32,000 nucleotides of DNA, from positions 1,500,001-1,532,000 of the forward strand of contig NC_002677.1 of NCBI RefSeq assembly GCF_000195855.1, read 5' to 3'. Source of the stretch: Mycobacterium leprae TN. Lineage in GTDB: Bacteria > Actinomycetota > Actinomycetes > Mycobacteriales > Mycobacteriaceae. This document shows positions 22,374-32,000 of the stretch, one piece after another. The translations under genes and the position numbers were made by a program. The notes under the pieces were generated by a model. That model was not told the origin of the DNA. It was given only the letters and a program-made list of their open reading frames with translations, and did not search any database. Each line of letters begins with the position of its first letter. Positions within the stretch are counted from its first letter, which is position 1.

Positions 22374-22820
22374 GTCGATTCGCTCGCCGCCCGCTGGATC
22401 GGTGCTATGGTTCTGTTATGCGTCGTACTCTGGCTGGTCGTGTTGCTTGCTGTGACCATCATCCGGGGTAAGAGGTTTACCGCCATCGGCTGGTAACTGA
22501 TGGTCCTGGCTGCGATGGCATTGATCGCTCGTGGCATCTTACTGGGGCGTCCAGTGATGACCATGTACGCGACAGCTGCGGTTCTATTTGTGTTGGCCGG
22601 CATGGGCCGGTGTACACGTGCTGCCCCTCGATTTGCTCAGTGACGTGTTGGTCGCCAGTTCGGGGATGGTATTTGATGTGGCCGATGTCGTCAGGTCCGC
22701 AGTCCGTAGATCTTCTACGTGCCTGGAGATTGATCAATGCCACCACCAGGTACCCGATCGACGCTGAAGAGCAATTCCCCGAGTTAGTCACTCATTTCGC
22801 CGCCTTGTGCCCTACCTAAG
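22374..22820 (+). pseudogene. Membrane-protein gene remnant, possibly the counterpart of the membrane protein found after tesB in M. tuberculosis
   Basis: The plus frame reads AARWIGAMVLLCVVLWLVVLLAVTIIRGKRFTAIGW*LMVLAAMALIARGILLGRPVMTMYATAAVLFVLAGMG. These are helix-like hydrophobic runs broken by an in-frame TAA at 22494-22496. A frame change then leads into ORF 22610-22819. The identity is not recognised. Confidence 0.35.
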
Positions 22821-23699
22821 GCTGGCGGATCGTGATGGTGGGTTGCACCGAGCGGCGGCTCAAGCTATGGAGTGATTTTGTCACGCTCGGGCAATCGTTG
22901 CGGGCAATATCTATCGGCGGCGATGTTGTCCATCCACGTGTCTAGCTTCGATACGGTGGAGCGGAAGTTCCACAACCTGTGTCAGGGCAGTGCAGCGCAC
23001 TCACAATTGCGGCATCACGACTGAAGATTGTGGCAGAACAGGAACTTGACGATAGGCGGGGTTGGCTGCACTTGCTTACGTAGTGCGAGCATCACCCACC
23101 GGGGCGTACATGGATAGCCGGTTTTACATGAACCTCGATAGAGTGCTGGAGGGACGGATAGCTAGGTTGTTGTCAGAGACGCCTCAAGCCGTGTGCAGGG
23201 CTCTCACTGGCGTAACGACTACCAGCCCCGGCAGGGGCGGCCGGATATTCACCCTTGATTACGCCTTGGCGTCGTAACGAAACTCCGAACGGCATCGATG
23301 AACAGCGTAGCATCGACATGATTACGGCCGCCTACGATGTTGGTAAGCAACGGCTACCGCTATTATACGTGCCGTTTCCTTCAATCCTCGAAGGCGCGCA
23401 ATCCAGTTTATTGTAGCGTATCCTCTACCGGTTGCTTTATGTTCTAAATCTGTTGATTGCACTTGAGTCACTATACCATCATGTGCGCAAGTTTCACGTG
23501 CTGGACGAGTAATATTACGCGCTAATCTGCGATCACGCAGATCATTCCCTTGGTGTTCGTGCTGTTATTGCTGAAATTCATGCCGCGTCGCCGGCACCTC
23601 TAAAAAAGATATCTGCGATCAATCGGACCACCCGCTCTGTTGGTTTTGAAACAGTTTGATCGTGCGCCGGGCTGGTTCTAAATTGTTCTGAACTCGCGG

Positions 23700-24302
23700 G
23701 TATGTCATCGTCCTGTATCACCAGCACTGTTTGTGGGATCGGAGGTTCGATCACCATCCACTTGCCGGAGAATGGCTCGGAGGTGTTCGCCGGAGTCCAC
23801 ACCGACGGCGATGTGGCCGCGATCGCGACGGACCATCCACCATCCGATTAAGTCGGTCATCCTCGATATCATCGACGCTTATCATGTTGCTGCATTCGAC
23901 GGTTCGTTTCTCGAGAGCCTGGAGCCTGTCATCATTGTCAGCGGATTCCCTTGACGCCTTCCTGCTAGCGGAGATGCAGCCTTAAGTAGAGGTAAACGTC
24001 TTGGCCAGATTGCGGTGACCCAGGCGTTACTACCGCAGTTATGGCTCACACAGGGTTGGATCGTTCTCATCTCGAGTCTCGTTGGCAAGGTAACGTTTCT
24101 GTTGATCGGTGCATACTGCGCTTCGAAATTCCCACTTGAGGCTATGGGCGACGTGCTGAGTATAGAGCTGAAGCGGTGGAACGGCGCTGTTGCGCTCATC
24201 GAGCCCGGAGCGACGGACACTGAAATGTATTGGAATGGACACGACATGTTTGGATGGCACGGCTTGTCACGACGACGTGCGATTGGGTTCTTCGACGGGT
24301 AA
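23700..24302 (+). pseudogene. Short-chain dehydrogenase/reductase (SDR), frameshifted
   Basis: The fragments follow SDR order in different frames. First is a degraded glycine motif, ITSTVCGIGGSIT (expected TGxxxGIG). Then LDIIDAYHVAAF...LEPVII. Then TQALLP.L....G.IVLISSLVGK......GAYCASKFPLEAM..VLSIEL...NGAVALIEPGATDTEM, with the YxxxK motif retained at 24114-24128. Confidence 0.7.
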
Positions 24303-24326
24303 GGAGTCAACCTGAATATTCCCCAC

Positions 24327-26074
24327 TCAGTCGTCGTTGGTTGCTCCGGTTGGCGTAGGGATGCGAAGTGACGACTTCACTGCGCCGATGCGTAGTTCAT
24401 CGTAGCCAAAGTCTTTGGGCAGGTGGTGAGTGGCTACCACGACGGTTCTATTGTTGGACATCAGAGCGGAGCTGGGGCCAACAGATCACCTAGCACACCG
24501 TTCGGTGTCAATCGCGTCGAGGTGTTCGGTGGGTTCGTCGAGCAGCACGATTCGGGCAGGTGAGAGTACCGCACGAGCCAGCAGCAACTTCCTGCGCTGG
24601 CCCGCCGAGACTGCCTGTGCGCCACCGATCAACACGGTTGATAGACCCTTCGGCAAACTGGCGAGTCAGCCGCTGAGGCCGACTACCGCTAATGTCGCGG
24701 TCAGTTCTTCGTCTCGGCAATTGCCGCGCGCGACCAGAAGGTTGTCTCGAATCATGGTGGCGAAAATGTTCGCTTCCTCGGCGAAAAAAACTGACAGTGT
24801 TGTTAAATTGATTTTCATTGAATTGTCTAATGTCGATTCCGTCTAGTAGTACTTGTCCACGCAGCAGCGGTAGTAGGCTCGCGAGTGTCATCAGCAGTGT
24901 CGTCTTACCAGCGCCACTGGCTCCGGTGAAGGCCAGCTGGACTCCAGGTAGTAGGTCGAGGATTACCCGGGACGGCCGCGTTGCATAGGCGTATCTCAAA
25001 AGGATATCGGCGAATAATATTCTGGTGCAACTAGTTAGCTGTGGCGTTGTCGTAGATTCCACACGCCAAGGACGGCTTGACGGGGCTAGGTCGAGGAGGT
25101 GATGCGCCGCGATCCGCGATCGTATCAACTGGACGGCGGCCGTAAGTAACGGAGTCATCGCTTCAAATGCTTACAGCGGCAACAATATAAGGACGTCCAG
25201 TGTGGTTGCGCGACGGTTAGGGCTATCGCGATCCCGGCTATCACAGCGCCGAGTACACTGCCCCCGATCGCTGCGGTTGGTATTGTCGCAGCGACTGTGA
25301 CTGGCCTGGTCGTAGCGTCGAGGACGGCACACCAAACTATTGCTGGCGTTGTGATTCGGCGATGACAATTGGCAGTGCACCTGCGGCGCGAAGTTCCGGT
25401 GCATGTTTGAGCGCAATCGTAGCCAACGTATCGCGTTCGGAATGATGTTGCTGAGCAATAGTTTACTGCGCCCGCAGCGGCATTGCCAGCAAGCCACGGC
25501 GCCACAACACCTGTGATTAGTAGGCAGATCGCCAGTACCGCAGCGGTCGGCCGTGAAATAGCTGCGACAACAGCAGTTGCTGTCAATGACAAGACCACTG
25601 CGACGCCCATGGCGTACTATCGCTCGAACCAGCACGTTGGCCAATTCGTCGACGTCAGCACCGACTTGTGACACTAGTTCACCACTAGGCAGTCGGGTGG
25701 AGGCGGCCACCGGTCCGTGGGCTAGACGATGATAGGTCTGTGCCGGCTGCGCGTAGCGCGGTGTCGTGTGTGGCCAGTCGTTCGCAGTAGTGCAATAAGT
25801 TCCGCGAAATCGCGAAAGTTTGTATCATGACCACTGCAACAGCCAGATCCAACGCGGGCGGCATCTGCCAGGCTCGGGTGATCAACCATGTCGAAACACC
25901 GGCCAGCGTTAGCGCACTGCCTAGTGACAGCACCATCATTATGATGGCTGTCAGGATGTGGAGAAGCCGCGGTCGCAACAGGAGCAAAGCGTCTAGTAGA
26001 GTCCTCTGCCGGCGACCCGCTGCACCCGGGTTTGCTATACTTGTGATTGTTGCGGTATCAGGTGCGGCACACAA
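24327..26074 (-). pseudogene. cydC: ABC transporter CydC (cytochrome bd assembly), inactivated
   Basis: The N-terminal TMD reads ...LAGVSTWLITRAWQMPP.LDL.VAVV. Walker A (GASGAGKTTLL) is intact. There is a frameshift at an A7 run (24784-24790, T7 in the coding sense). TGA replaces Trp in ...VVGLSG*LASLP. The signature VSAGQRR and Walker B IVLLDEPTEHLD are still readable. Confidence 0.85.
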
Positions 26075-26088
26075 TGTACCTCGCTATC

Positions 26089-27766
26089 TTAGACATTCGC
26101 GGTTACATCGATAACTCGGTCGACGATGGCGACAACGTGCTTGCGGTGGCCAACGATTACCACGGTTGCACCAGCGCGTGCACGTTGCACGATAGCTTAT
26201 AAAACCCTGTTTTCGGTGTGGTCATCCAGGTGTGCGGTCGGCTAGTCGAGCAGCAGCACGGATGCGTCTGATCCGAGCGCTCGAGCCAGGCCCAGTCGCT
26301 GCTGCTGTCCCAATGACAGCCCGACACCTCCACGCCCTACGGTGGTGTCCATCCCGTACGGTAAATTGTCCAGAATGGTGTCGAATCCAATTATAGCACA
26401 GTCAATTTCAAGGAATTCAGGGTTGTCCAAACCACCGAGCAGAACCAGGTTGTCACCGACGGTGCCTGGGATTAATACCGGGCGTTGCGGCAGCCAGGTT
26501 AACTGCTGCCACCAAGCGTCGGGGCTCAGGTCTGCGACGTCGACGCCAGCAACGGTGGCGCGGTCTGGCGATGGCGTGGTTAGTCTGGCGATCGCTTGCA
26601 ATGTAGTGCTTTTGCCCGCGCCGTTTCGTCCGGTCAACACAGTTACTTTACCTGGTTCGATCACCGCGGTGAGGTCACAAGGGGCGAGGTGGTCGCGGCC
26701 GGTCACGCTGAGTCGTTCGAAGCGGATCTCGGCGCCACGTGCGGTGACTATTTGCTGAGAAGGTAGGCCAGCGGGTGCCGGGTCACCCGCGCCGATGAGC
26801 GAGAGTGCCTTGTCGGCAGCAGCCCTGCTGTTCTGCTCCGCATGGAATTCCATGCCGACGCGCCGCAGCGGCCAGTACACGTCCGGTTCCAGCAATAGGA
26901 CTGTTAAGCTTGACGTTTAAGCCAATATCGCCGAACACCAGGCGAAGACCGATACCGACCGCGATCAACGCCACACCCAGCGTGACCAGCAATTCAAGCA
27001 CCAATGCCGATAAGAACGTGATCCGGAGTGTCGCTATCGTCGAGTGGCGATGGTCAGCAACGAGTTCAGCTATTCGGTGTTCCGGACCTGAGTCACGGCC
27101 CAGTTCCCGCAGTGTGGGGGTACCAGAGATCAGGTCCAACAGTCGTGCTTGTAGGATTATCGTGGCGGCTAGCGCAGCTGCCGATCTGTCAGCCGTTGTC
27201 AACAACCCAATCAGAACCATGAAAGTTGGTATCAATGGCAGTGTGATCAGTGCTATCGCAGTCGATTTCAGGTCGTAGAGTGCGATCACGGTGACTGTCC
27301 CGGGGGTGAGGATTGCGGCCAGCAGCAAAGTCGGGAGGTACTCGGTACGGTAGGGATGTAAGCTGTCGAGGCCACGAGTGACCACTACTGCGGCTGTATC
27401 GCGCTATGTCGCTCGCTCACTGGATTGCTGGGCTGTCACGGACGCCAGTACCTGACCGTTGAGATTGGCAATAATCGCGCTGACACCACGTTGGCCCAGG
27501 TGTGCCTGAAGCCAGTGTGTCGTTGTTGCTTATGATCCACAGCACCAACAGCATTGACAATGGACCCAGCCAGTCGTGCAAGCCGCGTGCTGAGAGAGCG
27601 GTGAACTATGCTGGCCAGCAGAATCGCTGAGCCGATCATGCGGCTCGAGATTACCATTCCGCAACCCACGGTGGTAACCAAGAGGCGGCGTAATGCGCTG
27701 GACACTAACCACAGTCGCGAGTCCAGGGGAGCTCTGCTGGTTGAGTTTTGCGTTCAGGACGTACAC
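26089..27766 (-). pseudogene. cydD: ABC transporter CydD, inactivated
   Basis: The NBD has GRNGAGKST, LSLGQQQR and VLLLD*PTAHLD, with the Walker B Glu codon replaced by TAG (ORF end at 26242). The TMD is split over several frames (27436-27705, 26783-27385). It starts 4 nt after the cydB stop. Confidence 0.85.
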
Positions 27767-27770
27767 CTCG

Positions 27771-28792
27771 TCAGGCCGATCGGCGGCGGTTCTTCTCAGC
27801 CGAGGTTCGTTGTCGAAAAATCAAATACGTCCACCCTTGGTACGCTAGCGTCAGTGGAGCAAAGATCTCAGTCACCCAGGTCATGATCTTTAGAGCGTAG
27901 GGGGTCGACGAGGCGTTGTATATGTTCACGTTCCAGTGTATGCTCAGCGTCGAGGGCACCAAGTTTGGATATAGTACTGTGAACAATAGAATTACCGCGG
28001 CCGCCGCTACCACGGCGGTGCACGTGAACGCTCAACTGTCGGATGTGTGCCGCCACACCAACACCACCGTTACCACCTGCGCGGCCACCACGGCAGCTAG
28101 CATTAGCCAGGTCCAGTTCTTGCCATGCTCTAGTTGTGCCCAAAGTCCGAAGTCTGCAACAAATCCTGTCACCGGAAACGACAACCAGGAGGCGAAGCGG
28201 TAAGCATCGTCGTGGATCGGGCCGGAGGTCTTCAATGTGACAAAACCGCGCCGTAGAGCAAAAACAGTCCGGCAGTGGCCAAGCTACCCAGCAGTGTGTA
28301 GCCATTGAGCACTTCGGTGATTGATAGATTGACGTGACTATTAGCGTCCACGGGGAGTCCGCGAACCAAAATGGCGAACGTTACGCCCCACAATACCGCG
28401 GGCAACCACGACCCGGCAGCAATGCCGAAATTGGCCCATTAGCGCCACTTTGTGTCGTCAATCTTGCCACGCCATTCGATGGTGACGGCGCGCACGATCA
28501 TGCCGAACAGGATGGTCAACAGCGGTAGGTACAGCGTGGAGAACACGGTGGCGTAACAGCCGGGAAATGTGGCGAGCATCGCGGAGCCTGCAACGATCAG
28601 CCAGACTTCGTTGCCGTTCTACGCCGGGCCGATGGTGTTCAGCACAGCGCGCTGGTGGGCTTCCTGATCGCCTGTTCGCACGTGAGCGAACAGCTTCATC
28701 AACATACCCACGCCAAAGTCGAAGCTCTCCAAGATGAAAAAGCCAAGGAATAGCGCCGCGATGACATCGAACCACAATTCCTGGAGTCCCAC
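27771..28792 (-). pseudogene. cydB: Cytochrome bd oxidase subunit II, inactivated
   Basis: Reading from GTG at 28792 gives VGLQELWFDVIAALFLGFFILESFDFGVGML...NTIGPA*NGNEVWLI, with TAG in place of the conserved Trp. Further on is ...DDTKWR*WANFG, followed by frameshifts. The C-terminus ...SSTPYALKIMTWV..IF.PL.LAYQGWTY is intact as ORF 27771-28013. Confidence 0.88.
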
Positions 28793-28823
28793 TGGTCCAG
28801 CTCCTTTCGGGAATTCTTAGGCG

Positions 28824-30189
28824 TTAGTGCGCGAAAGACAGCGGCGCTACTTCGTCATTGCCGGGCGCGGTGGTAGCTGCCGGTTCGGCGTCGTGCTCCT
28901 GCGACCCTTCGGTGACGTAACGTTTGAGCAGCCAGCACCAGATGACCGCGAGCACCGTGTAGACCAGGGTGAATGTCACCAGTGAGGTGATGACTATGCC
29001 GGAAGTGTGGTGCGAGACACCTGTCATAGACAGTGAGCCGGACCAGCTGATCGCCGGTTGGTTTGGGAGCGACGATCCAGGGCTGGCAGCCTATTTCAGT
29101 GAACACTCAGCCGGCGCTGTTGGCTAGGAACGGTGTGGGAATGGTCAGCAACGCCAGCCGAGCGAACCACCGCTGGTTGGGAATCTTGCCGCTGTGGGTG
29201 AGCTACAACGCCGTCAGTGCGAACAACACTGGAATCGTAAGCAGCCCGATAATTGCACGAAAGGATCAATAGGTGACGAATAGTTTGGGCCGGTAGTCAT
29301 TTGGTCCTAATCTTTGTTGGTACCTCTGCTGGATGTCGCGTACATCGTGCAGTGTCACATTGCTGAATTGACTATTAGCGAGGAACGGCAGACCGTAGGG
29401 GATCTCGATCACACGGGTAATGCTTTCGCAGTTGTTGTGGGTGCCGACTGTGAGGATCGAGAAGTCCGGATCGGTTTCAGTGTCGCATAGTGATTCGGCC
29501 GAAACCATTTTCATCGGTTGCTGTTGGAACATCAATTTGACTTGGTGGTCACCGCTGAAGAACACGCCGATGGTGGCAAACAGCGCAATCCCGCTCCCCA
29601 GGATGGTTGCCGAGCGATACATGGTGCGGGCATCTGACTCGGACCCGGTTTGGTGGGAATTGACCAATAACCAGGCGCTAACTGCCGCGACAAACGTCCC
29701 AGCGGCCAGCAATGAGCCGGCGACAGCGTGCGAAAACGCTGCTTGCGCAGTGTTATTGCTGAGCAACACGGAAATGCTGGTCAACTCGGCCCGCCGGGTC
29801 GTTGGGTTGTAGTGCTCGCCTACCGGATGCTGCATGAACGAGTTCGCTACAAGCATGAAAAATGCGGACACGTTGACCGAAATTGCGACAATCCAGATGT
29901 ACGCCAGGTGACTCAGCCGAGGTAACCTGCTCTACCCGAAGATCCACAGCCCGAGGAAGGTAGATTCGAAGAAAAGGCAGCCAGGCCCTCAAGTGCCAGC
30001 GGGGCGCCGAAGACGTCGCCGACGAACCGCGAGTAATCGCTCCAGTTCATCCCGAACGGAAATTCTTGGACGATCCCGGTTGCCACACCAATGACGAAGT
30101 TGATCAGGAACAGCTTGCCGAAGAATTCGGTTTAGTCGATACCACGTGGTGCTACCGAACTGTCACCGCGAAATACCGACGACGTTCAT
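28824..30189 (-). pseudogene. cydA: Cytochrome bd oxidase subunit I, inactivated
   Basis: Reading from ATG at 30189 gives MNVVGISR*QFGSTT, with a TGA at codon 9. About 30 codons are then missing relative to E. coli and M. tuberculosis CydA, including the region that carries the YHF.FVP heme-ligand His. Frameshifts follow through [10 protein letters not shown]...EGLAAF, and a TAG occurs in LWIFG*. The middle (29266-29871) and C-terminal (28824-29027) parts remain as ORF fragments. Confidence 0.88.
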
Positions 30190-30217
30190 CGGCCATCTCC
30201 CGAGTCTACGGGGCCTG

Positions 30218-31640
30218 TTAGCTTGCTACGATGTAGTGTAGTAGGTGGCGTCGTTCGGCGCTACTGGCAATTTCACGTGGACTCGACGGCTCAAACGTGG
30301 GCTGTGCGTGATTCCTCGGCAAACAGGTCGCTGGAATCTTCGATGAATTTGCGGCTGATGAGATACCACATGCGCATGGTGCTTTATCCTTTATGATCTT
30401 GAGGCGACCGCCCTTTTCCTCCCTGAGGCACTGGTAAACCGTCTCGGGCACTTGAATGTGTTCCTACCGAGTTGGTGGATTCCATTCTGGATGCGATGTT
30501 GACCGCGTCGCCCACACGTCGTAGAAGAACCACCGAGACCTCGTCACACCGGTGATGACCTGGCCGTCGGCCAATCCAATCCGCATTGGCATTGCGAGGC
30601 TGTGCGGATCCTCCAGTTCGGCTGCAACATCAGCCATATCGATGGCAAAGTCCGCAAGCGCTTGTACATGGTCGGGACGTGGCCGTGGAACTCCGTTGAC
30701 CACTGTGGTACATTTTAAAGTCACCGCTGACTTTGATTTTCTCCAGGCAGTGCTTATCCACCAGCGCATCGAAAGCGCTGTATAGCTGGCCCAGCAACCG
30801 CACCAGACCGGCCGGTCTGGTTTCCTTCGCGTGCAATGCTTAGTGAAGCTAACGATGTTGGAACACAGGACTGAGGCATCGTCGTATTTAATCGGCGATG
30901 ACGGTTTGGTTGGGCTATTTGAGCCGCTTGGTTATGCTGGCCGGCAGCATGTTGGCTAACAAGGCTTCGGAGCAGTCTTATCGGGTTTCCATCACCACCT
31001 CGGCGCGCAGTGTCTCGTAAGGTGAACCACACTGTAGCGACCGCCATAACGCACGACGAGACTGTGGTGAGGACAAACCTATCGACTGGGCCCAGTCCTG
31101 GCTGTAGCTCGGTGTTACGCGGAACCAGGCATTCCAGCGCGATGACAAGCCCGGCACCAGTGTGGGCCGCTAGTGCCAACCGGCACACACACACACACAC
31201 GATGCTTCTCAATGCTCAGTAGTACCAACAGATGGGCGCCTACGAGGAAGAAAAATGTAGAGCCCGAACCCGGTGCCCACGTCCCAACAGCTGGCGAAGA
31301 CCGACATATATCGGCTATGTCGATATATGTCAACGCCGCTACTAGATCTGCGAAACGGTGCAGCAGCAGGACAAATTGTTAAGATTATCGTGTTGCTAAC
31401 GTTGATCGAGCTGATCTGCCAGGACCATGCTTCGGCTAGAAATTGCACAATCACAAAACTCGCGTTAACCACCTCGACCAGCTAGGTGGTGAGGTACAGG
31501 CATGCGTTGTTGCCACGCCATAGTATCGGCGTAGTGCTGATTGCGTCCGCACGGTTGCGACACAGTCTGGGCGTTGCACTGAAACCGTTTGGTCCTTCCC
31601 GATGGGGCACCATCGGTTATCAACGGCTACGCCTAAAGCC
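30218..31640 (-). pseudogene. cya: Membrane-anchored class III adenylate cyclase (Rv1625c-like), inactivated; 5' end approximate
   Basis: Fragments in several frames: QRPDCVATVRTQS, FVIVQFLAEAWSWQISSINV, FFFLVGAHLLVLL, TVWFTLRDTARR, LYSAFDALVDKHCLEKIKVSGD, VVNGVPRPRPDHVQALADFAIDM...RIGLA.G.V..GV..SR.FFYDVW, and IQVPETVY...MRMWYLISRK. ORF 30218-30451 is the C-terminal part, not a separate gene. Confidence 0.85.
31185..31200. repeat. (AC)8 dinucleotide microsatellite inside the cya pseudogene
   Basis: 'cacacacacacacacac' spans 31184-31200, read directly from the sequence. Confidence 0.95.
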
Positions 31641-31700
31641 TAGCCGCTGAGCTTAATGTTTACCCAGCGTAAGCGGTGAATTGCCGGCGGCTTCCGATAG

Positions 31701-31774
31701 TGCCCTCGGTGGGATTCGAACCCACACTGGACGGGTTTTGAGTCCGTTTCCTCTGCCAGTTGGGATACGAGGGC
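31701..31774 (-). tRNA. tRNA with anticodon CAA (Leu by anticodon), 74 nt, short variable loop, no encoded CCA
   Basis: The reverse complement is GCCCTCG-TA-TCCC-AACTGGCAG-AGGA-A-ACGGA-CTCAAAA-CCCGT-CCAGT-GTGGG-TTCGAAT-CCCAC-CGAGGGC-A. It has a perfect 7-bp acceptor stem, a perfect T-arm with a TTCGAAT loop, G18G19 in the D-loop, an anticodon loop C-T-CAA-A-A, and discriminator A. It lies between cya and the PdtaR-like gene. Confidence 0.88.
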
Positions 31775-31866
31775 TTTACCCGGCTTAACTACCTTAGAGG
31801 AGCCTTCAACGGGTTCACCCTGCCCCCGAGATCGTTAGCCGCTGGCGGCCACGTCAGAATGACGTC

Positions 31867-32000
31867 ATGACCGGACCCACGACCGACGCCGACGCCGCCA
31901 CGCCGCACCGGGTTCTGATTGCTGAAGACGAAGCACTCATACGACTCGACCTGGCCGAGATGCTGCGAGATGAGGGGTACGACATCGTTGGAGAAGCCGC
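31867..32000 (+). CDS. pdtaR: Response regulator (PdtaR-like, receiver domain), 3'-truncated by the window edge
   Basis: ATG 31867 opens MTGPTTDADAATPHRVLIAEDEALIRLDLAEMLRDEGYDIVGEA. This is a typical receiver-domain N-terminus with the acidic pocket residues (ED). Its position after cya and the tRNA matches Rv1626. Confidence 0.8.
   Translation, partial: MTGPTTDADAATPHRVLIAEDEALIRLDLAEMLRDEGYDIVGEA

Noticed and set aside
24430-24846. 138-aa plus-strand ORF, and other plus-strand ORFs across 24.4-30 kb (26342-26758, 26805-27278, 29420-29812)
   Set aside because: They are antisense to clearly recognisable cydC, cydD and cydA pseudogene sequence and have low-complexity Ser/Arg/Ala-rich translations.
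30218-30451. 77-aa minus-strand ORF as a separate small gene, possibly an Rv1624c counterpart between cydA and cya
   Set aside because: Its sequence (IQVPETVYQCLREEK...) continues the cyclase catalytic-domain C-terminus, and with one frameshift it reads MRMWYLISRK. It is therefore the 3' part of the cya pseudogene. I saw no separate Rv1624c-like remnant.
31303-31331. 11-bp perfect inverted repeat 'gacatatatcg'...'cgatatatgtc' with a 7-nt spacer
   Set aside because: It lies inside the decayed N-terminal membrane region of cya, where it encodes T-Y-I-D-I-A-D-I-C in the old frame. It is AT-rich, short and without genomic context suggesting function, so it is probably fortuitous.

Overview
This window reads as a Mycobacterium leprae chromosomal segment. 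Three things support that. It carries an RLEP dispersed repeat containing the sequences I recall as the standard RLEP diagnostic PCR targets. It has a very high pseudogene load. Its gene order matches what I remember of the M. tuberculosis Rv1599-Rv1626 region.

Intact genes:
- A translationally coupled histidine operon, hisD-hisC-hisB-hisH-hisA(priA)-[impA pseudogene]-hisF-hisI.
- chaA.
- A tryptophan cluster, trpE, a trp-region membrane protein, trpC-trpB-trpA, fused by overlapping stop/start codons to lgt.
- Two small membrane proteins (TM2 domain and DUF2752).
- pykA and tesB.

Decayed genes:
- impA inside the his operon.
- A PknF-like Ser/Thr kinase between hisI and chaA.
- bcpB, and the acidic 3' tail of lgt.
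- About 9.5 kb downstream of tesB (22.2-31.6 kb) with no intact gene. It holds a membrane-protein remnant, an SDR remnant, the whole cydABDC cytochrome bd locus on the minus strand, and a class III adenylate cyclase (cya).

The window ends with a tRNA (anticodon CAA) and the first 44 codons of a PdtaR-like response regulator.

I found no CRISPR array, transposase, phage, toxin-antitoxin or defence-system signature, and no convincing undescribed multi-gene system. The items most worth a second look are:
- A Gly-to-Glu change in the invariant MLSGE motif of an otherwise intact pykA.
- A tRNA with a Leu anticodon but a short, class-I-type variable loop.
- A perfect 17-bp inverted repeat just upstream of hisD.
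- The dead impA whose residual ORF still overlaps the hisF start.
- The kinase pseudogene, which I do not recall at this position in M. tuberculosis.

All homology statements come from my recall of protein families and orthologue sequences. No search was run.
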